Assembly (NCBI GenBank): GCA_002269645.1
Contig: NIVC01002791.1
Location: forward strand, 1 to 64,000
Length of the DNA: 64,000 bases
Direction: 5' to 3'
Source: Macrostomum lignano
Lineage: Eukaryota
A program made the position numbers and the translations under genes. Shown here piece after piece: positions 49,571 to 59,714 of the stretch; position 1 is the stretch's first letter, and each line of letters starts with the position of its first letter. The notes below the pieces were generated by a model. It saw nothing but the letters and a program-made list of their open reading frames with translations, ran no database searches and was not told the DNA's origin.

Positions 49571-52500
49571 TCACTCAAAATTATCGACAGCTTCATCATC
49601 CTCCTCGTCATCGTCGGTCGACGAATCATTGTCGTCATTCAGAAGATTGATCTCATTTGGGAGCAAGCTAGTCTCTGAAATGGATTAGGGTTAGGGATGA
49701 AGCTGTTTGCTTATTACGAATATAGTGAGTACTATGACAGAAACTCTAAGGAGCTGATATTTATATTTATATTCCGATTAATGATGTTAAAAAATTATTG
49801 ACTTAAAATATATATTAAATGAAGACCCACCGCCAGAGTAGGTATCTCGATTAGAAAGAAGACTAGACAGAACACTTTCTTCTGAAGGAAATAATGCAAT
49901 ATGCTGTCGAATCAAATGCTCGATCCCGTTAGCTCGTAGCAAGCGCAGACTTGAGAGGGGTCGGTTCGAAAATTGACTGACTTCTGAACGCGTGCGCAGT
50001 AGAGCAGTTGCGAAAAAGTTCGAAGCACGCCGGACTTCCACTCGCACCAGACTAGCCTCTTCTTCAATTCGCAAGTAGAGGTGAAGCAACTTCACAGCCT
50101 GACGCTTCCGTGACCTATCAGTACTGGGGGAGCCAAGACCCCCATCGTTTAGCAAAGATGGCTGGTGAATTACGCGTGTAGGGAACCTTTCATGGAATTT
50201 GCGAACTAGCGCTTCGCCTTTTTTATTCAACTTGCGAAGAGTCTTATTCAATGCTTTGTTCATCTTCTGGCCACTCTCCGTCACAGCGTGCTCGATTAAG
50301 AATCGTCGATCGCAGGAAATCTGCTGTAGTTGAAAAAATGCATCCTCTGCGGGATCTTTCCTCGAATGACTTGCTGCGTCAGCCGCCGAGTACTGTTCAA
50401 GCAGCTCCTTCTCCCAAACGCTGCAGATGGCTAGAAACGCCGAGAGATCGCCTAAATGCATGTACAAAGTTGAGAAATAAAAAATAATGCGCATGAGAAT
50501 CTAAGTACGAGAAAACTTCTGAGATAGTTCTTTATAGTGCCTAGAAAATAATTTTAAATATCTGAATACTTACCATCTATACTTATTTTTGAACGGAATT
50601 CGCTGACCTCAGAGTAGAACCGCTGAAGGCTCTGTTTTGCAACTTTTTCCCGGCTAAAAAGCCAGACAGCTGAAAAATGATGACATTAGATCTTCTTATA
50701 AAATATCAAGGATCGTCATAGTCTTACAAATTTAAATTTATTGTCTTACAAATGTTGTTGATTCGGCCAAAGTTGATCGAATCTGCCCAATAGTTCAAGA
50801 AATCACGCCTATTCGTGTGCGTCATCTCTTTTAGCTGAGGTCCAAAGCGCCGAGCAGTTGACCAGATGCGCTCGCAGCTCTCACCGTCTGTGAGGCCAGC
50901 TCCAGCGACAGAGCGTATTCCGAACTTCAGTTGGCAGCTCTCTTTATGCCCATAGGCGTGAAATGCCGGGATTGCAAATGCGACGTTTGAATCATTGAAG
51001 CGTCCTGACAGTTTACAAGCGATATCGTAGGATACGATGATCTTCTGATCGGGTAAGCTGTCTTCGATTGCTTTGTTTACCATTGCGGAAGAATATACCA
51101 GCCTGGGGTACATTGGGTCGGAGCAGGTATGTCTAGTTTTTTATTATCGGCATTTGACCAAAACAGCAAAAATAATATTTGATTACAACTGCCCCGATTA
51201 AGCCAGATGTACAACCGACAGATGCGGCTGTTTAGTCCAAAGACTGAATTGTTACAAGTGGATCAGAAATCGAACCCCTGACCTTCCAGAGTATGACGCT
51301 CTTACCACACTAGGCTAGAACTCTTTGACATTAGTCCTTTAATATTATTGTAAAAAACGAACCCAAATGCTATGTACTGTAACAATTTTACTCGTAGAAA
51401 ACTTTACAGTACACAGATGCACTTAAAGGGCCAATGGAAAAATATTTATATACCTTTCTCCAGGAGTTACAACATCGGCCAGGTAGGTCACACCGGAGTG
51501 TCGGCAAGAACCACAAAACAAACCGAAAACGTCCAACTTCTGACGATCCGATGCAGAGACAAGACCCTGACCACGACCAGCAGTGAAGTTAGGGCAATGC
51601 GAGACGTTCGGCTCCTGATTTTGGGTGACGTCGACGTCAACGAAGAATCCGGAGGCAGCGGGAATCACCGCTTTTCCAGCCTGCTTTCGGTGCCGAAGAC
51701 CGAAGCAGGCATCCAACATTAAAAAAGTTGGAGCACTTCCGGCACTAGCACTATCGCTATCGCTGCGAGCCTGTAGAGTGTTCAGATATAAAAATAACGT
51801 GATTTTCGTTAGTATAGAATATTAGCTTTTCTCGCTATCACAAAACATAACAGAAAAATTCTTACAACAAAACAGGCCGGACAGGAAGCTTTTTGGCCCC
51901 ATCGAACATCCTGGAGAAGTCTACGGAAAGCTCGGAAACAGCCTGACGTGTTTAGAACGCGGAAAAGGTCAATCTAAAAATTAGGAAAGTGGCGTGAAGA
52001 TGTTACTACAATTACTTCAATAATTATTAAATTATCAAAAAAGTGCGAAATCGACAAACTGATCAAGACAGCACCTGCTGATACTGCCACATAATAATAC
52101 ACACTCAGAAACAAAATAACTATAATTCTCATTACTAACTTTTGACATGTTTACACAAAACAGACTTTCATCGTTTAAAAGGTACTGCTAAATTATTATC
52201 TTGCTCGTTAAGGCCCTTCAACTAAACCATTTATACAGACTTTCAATTTTCTTTCACCGTGATCACACTACTGTATTAAACACAATAACAAGTTAAAGAC
52301 AATAACTAGCTAGTCGGATTGAAAAAGCAAAAAATTGCCTTCTTACTCGTGTGCGTGAACCGAGCCACAATGAACTTCTAGAATTCTGCAGTGCGTTGCA
52401 CAGAGACGATAGAGAAGCAGTGCATCGAGATGAAACGGAGTCAAGCAGAAGAAGCAGTCCGATGTGCACGGCTATGATCTCTCTCACAGAATCAATCAAA

Positions 52501-53558
52501 GGCTGCGTTATCCAAAATCCGTGCGCTAGTAGGGTACTGTGTAAATCAGAACACTCACATACTTCAACTAACAAAACAATATCTTCACCTGAAATTTACA
52601 AAAAGATAACAAATTAGATTATGTAAAATACGAATGCTGAAAAGTTTTTAGAATAATCGGAACAGTAAGTGATATGCGAAAAAGAACTTTAAACAACAAC
52701 TAACCCTCTTCTGTCACTCCTAGAACGCGTCTAGAATGAACTGCAGAGCAGTCGCAAGCGTTTCTTCTGGCAATACGAACAGGAGATGTGACTGTCTCGA
52801 AGCATGATCCCTGCATAGCGTATAAATTTTTTTATAATCAAAATTTTCCTAAATCTTAAATTAGTTACTGTATCTTAAGTCGTTAACTTACATTCCATTT
52901 GCGAACAACGTGAGGTGGATTGTGCGAATGTACATTTGATAGGCACTTCTCACAAACTTGGAGCAGGTTACACTTTTCGCAGCGAAAATTACCCCTAACA
53001 TCATGACATACTGAACAGACACCATCGCTGATAAAGAAGGAAGCAAAGCCATCAGATAGTCGATGAACAAGGCGACTCCATTCTTCCTCCTCCATTTCAC
53101 GTCGAATGTCATATCGACTCGGAGCGTGGTGCAAAATATCATCCTCCACACTTTCCACAGTCTCTTGCCCAGAAGGCTCATCGTCTAAATTAGCTTTAGA
53201 GGAAGCACATCTAAAAAAGAAAAATATGTGCCTAAATTTATAACCTACCTAATAAGGATAAACAACTAAAAGAATAAGTAATATACTAACAATAAATAAA
53301 TAACAAACAGACCTTTTATAAAAAAGTACTATTTAACATGGAAACCACAAAAGTACATCTCCAAAAAATCAAGTTTTGTTAGATTTAATAGACATTAAAT
53401 ATGTAAAATTTGTGGGTATGTATTGTACTTAGGACATGAATATAATATTAATATCAATCTTACCTTCGACTATGAGAACTAGAAGCCAGTGGTTCATGTG
53501 AAGTGCGACGTTTAGGTTGATGAAATTCAACTTCTCTTTGAACAGAGCGTTTAGGCAT
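49571..53558 (-). CDS. CxC-domain + KDZ (Kyakuja-Dileera-Zisupton) transposase, 10 exons, ~786 aa, apparently intact
   Basis: Exons 53464-53558, 52892-53210, 52705-52810, 52347-52588, 51866-51973, 51454-51770, 50750-51102, 50574-50669, 49831-50451 and 49571-49674 are all GT-AG, phase-consistent and stop-free. Motifs: CSVC..CEKC..CEKC..H..P.H...WNG (CxC), VCEC..LLAHGFW, CPAC, LDACFGL, LDVFGLF..SCRH, GER, YDIACK, FAIPAFHAYGH..CQ, GLTDGESCERIWS and an acidic C-terminal tail. Confidence 0.9.
51175..51325 (-). mobile_element. tRNA-derived SINE inside a KDZ transposase intron
   Basis: A box TAGCCTAGTGTGG (51305-51317) and B box GGTTCGATT (51268-51276) at tRNA-like spacing, followed by a non-tRNA body. 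Confidence 0.55.
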
Positions 53559-53669
53559 TTGCTAAAAAAGATAGAAAAAAATACAAATTTCAGCTAAGTT
53601 GCAATAATTAAAAACTCTTCTTTAGGACATACATATTATTAGAACATTAGAAGATACATAGAAGGCTCT

Positions 53670-54790
53670 TGCCTTCTCTGGCAGAGCAGGGCAGAAGAGC
53701 AGGTGGAAAAGTGAGACAAAAGAGCAGAGGGCAGAGTTGGGGGCAGAGCAGGGCGGGCAGAGTCGAGGGCAGAGAAGGGGGCAGAGACGCAGAGCTGAGG
53801 AGCAGGGGAAGATCAGGGGGCAAAGCAGGGAGGTAGAGCAGGGGCAGAAGTGCAGGGAGCAGGGGGCAGGGCAGGGGCAGAGTAAGGGGCAGAAAACCAG
53901 GGCCAAAGCAGGGTACAGCTGAGCAGGGGCAAAGTGGGACATAAGAGCAGAGGGCAGAGTTGAGGCAGAGCAGGGGCAGAAAAGCAGGGCAGCCAGGGCA
54001 GAAGAGCAGGGGGAAGAGCAAGGGGCAGAGCTGCAATGTAGGTGCAGGCCAGAGGCCAGAGCTGCAATGTAGGTGCAAGGCAGAGGGCAGAGCTGCAATG
54101 TAGGTGCAGAGCAGAGGGCAGAGCAGGGGTTAGAGCATGGCAAAGTATAGGGTAGAAGAGCAGGGGTAGAGCAAGGGGCAGGGCTGCAGAGCAGGGCAGA
54201 GCGTGAGCAAGGGGCAAAGCTGCAGAGCAGGGGCAGAGTAGCAGAGCAAAAGAGTAGCAGCAGAGGGCAGAGCAGGGGTTAGAGCATGGTAGAATATGGG
54301 ACAGAAGAGCAGGGGCAGAAAAAGGCCTAGCACTGCAAAGCAATGCTTGCTTTGCTTAGCAGTGCCTAACATTGGCAGAGCAAGGGGCATAGCAGGGGCA
54401 GAAGACCAGCAGGCAAAGTGGGAATAAAAGAGCAAGGGGCAAAGCAGGACAAAAGAGTAGATAGCGGAATAGGGGGCAGAGCAGGGGCAGAACAACTTGA
54501 ACAAGGGCAGAGCAAGGAGGCAGAACAAAGGCAAGGCAAAGGGCAGAATAGGGGGCAGAGCAGGAAGGCAAAGTAAGGAGGCATATTAAAAAGCAGAAAA
54601 GCAAGCGTAGAATAAGGAATACTGCAGGGGACAGAAAAGCAAGGGTCAAAGCAAGGGTTAGAACAAAAGATTAAGGGGTAAAGCAAAAGATAATACTAAA
54701 AGCAAGGGGTAGAACAAAGGGCAAAGTAGGGGGATAAAAACAAATAGAGCAAATAGCCATAAGGCACCATAAGGCAAAATAGAAAGCAAA
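53670..54790. repeat. Purine-rich GGGCAGAGCA-type degenerate repeat upstream of the KDZ start codon
   Basis: Short ~10-bp motifs, three ~33-bp AGCTGCAATGTAGGTGCA units (54027-54115) and a palindrome at 54325-54370. The motif decays G>A toward 54790. Confidence 0.85.
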
Positions 54791-57006
54791 AAACAAGGAA
54801 TTTAATAAGGAAATATATATATTCAAATAAATTTTATTATATTATGAGTATAAAAGGTCTATTCTGGTATTCAGTAAAAATTCTAGGCTTAGCTTAATTT
54901 TCATTTAGTTTTGAAAAGTTAATCCTAGTCTAATACTCTAGTTTGCTATCCTAGTCCTAGAAAATAGAAATATATAGGATAGGGCAAGCTTCAAAGTCTT
55001 TTAGAACCAAATAAAAGTCATTAAAAGGTAAAGTACTAATCTAAAGTCCTTTTGTTTTGGCTTTGGTTTTATTCTATTTCTATTTATTTTAAAAATACCT
55101 TGGTGCTATACCTAGGCTACATGTCTATTTAGCTTTGTTCACAGACAAAGATATATTTTTTAGTATTTTAGAATAGTAATAAATAATGAAACAAAATTTG
55201 GCTTAACCAAGCAAAGTCAGCAATCAATAATTATATTGATATAATGTGGTCAATATAAGCTTTAGGCTAGGCCTAATAACTACATCATATTTCTATTAAT
55301 AGTAGCTGTCAGTTGATTTAGTATATTTGGATTATTGATATAAATAATTTAGAATACTTCATTTAGACTTTTAAAACAAGGTATACCTTTAAACAATGCC
55401 ATATACAACAATTCTAACTAGGCTTAGATTATACAATACAATATCATCATTGTTTTCGTGTTACTGTTACCATATTTTGCCTAACAATATCATATAATAA
55501 CATCACTATAGTATAGGCCTACTATGATATCTAACTAACTAAGCCTTTTTGCTGCACTTTATCTCTATCTCAATATTTGTGATATATTCCAGCAAGGCAT
55601 GCTGCTGTATATTATTGATGCTAGTGGATACAAATTAAAATTCTGCCAAAAATTTCAAGATCGTGTGTCAACTTTTAGGTCAATTTAAAATGCATTGTTG
55701 AGCCTAATTAGGCTGTCCGAGCATGCACACTGAACATAGTGCATGTTCGCAAAAGCCTTATTGGCGGCTATCGTGCATGTACGATTCAGTCTAAGAGTTG
55801 TCAACAGGGCTGAATTTATTTACTAAATTAGTAACTTTTTGAGATACATTGATTTAAAATTGCTTAGCAACACTGATTAGACATCGCTTTATCGTTGACT
55901 GAAATTGTTTCGATCGTAGCAGCCTAAAAGAAGATGCTGGTTTAAAAAATGCTTCGATTTACTTTTTACGCATGTCTCAGCTTTAAAATGACACCTCAGC
56001 CACCACAAAAGACTGCGCTGATGATGCTGATATATTCAACACTAAACATTGATTTTGCGCAAGCTCGATCACATTCGGAAACTTTTAGATTGTTTTGATA
56101 TTCGATATTTGATTTGCTGTGTTTTTGTTTTTCGTCTGAGCGTGAGGTAGGGCTGGCTGGTCTGTCTCGGGACAACATTTGTGCAGTGACCAAGATATGT
56201 TGTCTGTGAGGGTGTTTATGAGAGGGGTGTTGTGAAAGTGTAAGCTATAGTGTCGTTTTACGTCTTTGTTTTTCTGTCGGTGTCGAGCGTACGAATGTGC
56301 GCTGTCGTGATGGGGACGAAGGTGTGAATAGGCTCATGGACGTGGCTGTCGGCGTCAGTTCGTCGGTCGTTGCAGCAGGACATCAATGTGGTGCAGAATG
56401 TATACATGTATAGCGGCCAGCGAAGCCCCCTATGTACTAGCTTATACGAGCTACTGTATATGAGATAACAATCAGATAAGGCACATTGCAAGGAATTGCC
56501 CGTCGGGAAACTTCAGCGGAGGTCCTGGGAAGGGGTCGAGCCAGGGCCTCTGATCCAAGAAGCCGAACCTCCCCTAATTGGTGAGCTGGCCTAGCAGGAA
56601 GTCGAACGTCCGAGTCTGACAAATGCACCGACGATGATAACGAGAAACTGGTCCTTAGTTCCAGGTGGGGGGCTTTGGATTGTAGCAGGCCCAAGCCAAG
56701 ATTCCAATTTAGCCCAAAATTAATGACAGCACTTGAAGTCGAGCATGGCCGAACCGCTGTTAAACTAATTGGAACTAATTAATCGGCTTCGTTCGTCTCA
56801 GACAGAAACGAGCCCTCAGCCGCGACTGCCTAGAAACAGTTGTGAGGTGTGTTACTTATGATGTTGGCTGGCTGGGTATAGCGATACCTTATAGGGTTTA
56901 AATCAGTTCAAATAGAAACAATTGCGCGCGCCTCCTACATCAAAGTAGAAAGCGCTCGTCCGACGTGCTACTGCAGGTGACTAAATAATTGCACAGAGCC
57001 CTTTAA

Positions 57007-59168
57007 CAGTAGAAAGACCATGGGGGTGTATTTCAAATACACACATTTTTCTTTTGTCTAGATCTCCGAAAATATTCAACCAATTGCCATCAAAATCCAG
57101 AACGCGGGCTAAAATTTTCCGCTCTATTCGATGAAGCAACTCCGAGAATCACGAAAATCGGCATCGTCGAGATATTCAACGATTCTCCTCGGGGTGTCCG
57201 GTGGCAAAAACCACCAACATTGGCAAATTTTTTCTGTTCACAAAATCTCATCTTGAAACCACGTCGGCTCAGGAAACTATGCATATCAGTCGTAAAGGCC
57301 TTTCTTCTCAGCATCCCAGGAACCAGGGTCCCCTTCAGCACCGTCTGGAGCATCGGCGGCGACCGTCAGGACCTTCAACAAAAGCACCCGATCGGCATCG
57401 CAGAGACGGCTGCGTTCCCAAAACTGAAATGGAAGAATCCTCTTCTGCATGCAGCATTCAGTCAGTAGACATAATCGGTGAATGAAATGGACGACGGCGA
57501 CCCTCTAGGTTGACCTGTAGACATACAAGCGACCTTCGGGACCTTCAACGGAGTGCCACCACGCGGCCCCGACTAGCTGGCACCCCCAACATCGTGATTT
57601 TTCTGTCAAGGCACCAAACCAGGCATGTCTGCATATTATACTATGCTTTTGCACCGTGTTAAATTGGAGAGTTACAGATTTAACTGGCCCAAAGCGGGCC
57701 GAAACGTGATGTTGCTGTCCACCATGCATCACGACAGACAATTGCTTCCCAATGGCAAGCCTGTAGCAATAGGCTCGTACTACAATTCTACCAAGAGTGG
57801 CACGGACACCTGCAACAGGATGTTCCGCACATCCGACTGCAAGCGAAAGTCCGACTCATGTGAGAAGGCAATCTTCGGCGGCATACTCAACATAGCAGCT
57901 GTGAATGCCGCTGCTATCTGGAGACTGGCGCACCCAGAGCTCTGCGCCTCGCCGAACTATCGCAACGAGTTCCAGCGCAAGGCAGCTGCGCAACTTCTGC
58001 AACCTCTGATCGAGGAGCGCTCGCAATCGGCCGCTCTTCTTCAAAATCTGTCCAATCATCACAGGCTGATGTTCCAGCTCGCAGGTTGTCGAATCAACGA
58101 CGAGAAAATGAAGGAACAGGCACGCGAAGCGGCGGCTGTGGTGTCAGTTGGTGGCAGAAAGCGCTGTGCAACATGCGCGAGACAAAAGTCAAAGGATGAG
58201 AAGCGTGCCTTGAGTGCGACAACAAGGAAGTGTTGCGTGTGTGACGAAGGAATTTGCCGAAGACACACTGCAATAGAAGAGACAGTGAGTCACCATTACT
58301 GCCCCAAATTAAATAGTGACAATTGACTCAGCCTTTGTGTCTATGTGTCAGTGTTTAGATCCTTCTGCTTTGAATTTGCTGTACTATCATTTTTGACATG
58401 CTGTAATATCATTTTTGACCTGCTGTAATATCATTTTTGACAAATTAAATATATTTTATATTATTCAGTCGCCAGTTAAATCTGTAACTCTCCAATTTAA
58501 CACGGTGCAAAAGCATAGTATAATATGCAGACATGCCTGGTATGGTGCCTTGACAGAAAAATCACGATGTTGGGGGTGCCAGCTAGTCGGGGCCGCGTGG
58601 TGGCACTCCGTTGAAGGTCCCGAAGGTCGCTTGTATGTCTACAGGTCAACCTAGAGGGTCGCCGTCGTCCATTTCATTCACCGATTATGTCTACTGACTG
58701 AATGCTGCATGCAGAAGAGGATTCTTCCATTTCAGTTTTGGGAACGCAGCCGTCTCTGCGATGCCGATCGGGTGCTTTTGTTGAAGGTCCTGACGGTCGC
58801 CGCCGATGCTCCAGACGGTGATGAAGGGGACCCTGGTTCCTGGGATGCTGAGAAGAAAGGCCTCTCCGACAGATGGACCCAGATTATTGAGCCAATATAG
58901 ATTCACCATAAAGGTTTATACAGTGTAGTGTTGGTTGTCCTTGCCACCAGTTTCTTCGACAAGAATCGTTGAATATCTCGACGATGCTGACGTCGGATGA
59001 CTTTAAAAGTTAATTCGTTGGAAAGAGGGGGAAATTTTGATCCAAATGGTGGACTTTTACGAAAATCGGTTACTCGGTTTGCGAGCTATGGTGAAATTGG
59101 TTGTGTGTATTTGTAATACACCCCCATGGTCTTTCCCCATGGGGAAAAATAGCGTGATCTTTCTACTG
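57007..59168. mobile_element. Non-autonomous fold-back piggyBac element (2.16 kb)
   Basis: TTAA TSD (57003-57006, 59169-59172), TIR CAGTAGAAAGA / TCTTTCTACTG, a subterminal inverted repeat (57013-57045 vs 59103-59135) and an internal inverted repeat (57296-57688 vs 58471-58863). Confidence 0.9.
57625..58326 (+). pseudogene. C-terminal fragment of a piggyBac transposase, including the Cys-rich domain
   Basis: PKAGRNVMLLSTMH, GKP, YYNSTKSGTD, ILNIAAVNA and RKRCATC...RKCCVCDEGICRRH match piggyBac motifs. The N-terminal two-thirds is missing. Confidence 0.9.
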
Positions 59169-59278
59169 TTAACAAGTAATCATTGTCAGCAAAAATTACA
59201 TGTATTTCGTATCCAATTGTCGGCAACGAGCGTGCTCCAGTGAGGCAACGTTCGACCGTATCTCAATGAAAAGTACAT

Positions 59279-59612
59279 TGTAAGCGCCACCGCCACGTCT
59301 TTATATGTTTATTCGTGGTTGGTTTCGGTAATCGTACTGTGAGCAGGGCGGACTGAGTCAGCTGGGATGTGCAAGGCGACCTCACGGCAGCATGAATTTA
59401 GACTCGGTTCGGCCAGTGCGACAGAAGCCCTCCCGCACGTTGCCCTGATGAAGGGTAGCGAACGAGGAATGATCCCCTTAGGTAGACGTCTCGGACACAG
59501 CAGCATAAATGGATGAATAGATGAGGATGAACTTTTTCAATCTTAATACTGAAGTAATAGAATCGCGGCTGGGTTCTCATCTTCTATCTCACTCTTAGTA
59601 GTCCAGCTTATG
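59279..59612 (-). mobile_element. Possible solo LTR
   Basis: Starts TGTAAGC and ends GCTTATGCA; AATAAA on the minus strand lies about 30 nt from the end. The TSD is imperfect. Confidence 0.25.
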
Positions 59613-59714
59613 CATGGTTTTTTATTTATTTTTAGGGGGTTTAGCTATTCTGAATTAAGGTATACTGTACTTCTTTTTGAATCTGTTTTGTTTGCGTCTG
59701 CGGTCATGCATCTC

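Noticed and set aside
53622-54686. Cys/Pro/Leu-rich ORFs upstream of the KDZ gene
   Set aside because: They are translations of the GGGCAGAGCA repeat and are open in multiple frames.
56258-56491. Possible terminal exon (YMYTFCTTLMSCC...)
   Set aside because: No upstream exons or domain could be tied to it; the support is insufficient.
59440-59475. Hammerhead ribozyme at CTGATGA
   Set aside because: No stem II followed by GAAA and no closing stems were found.
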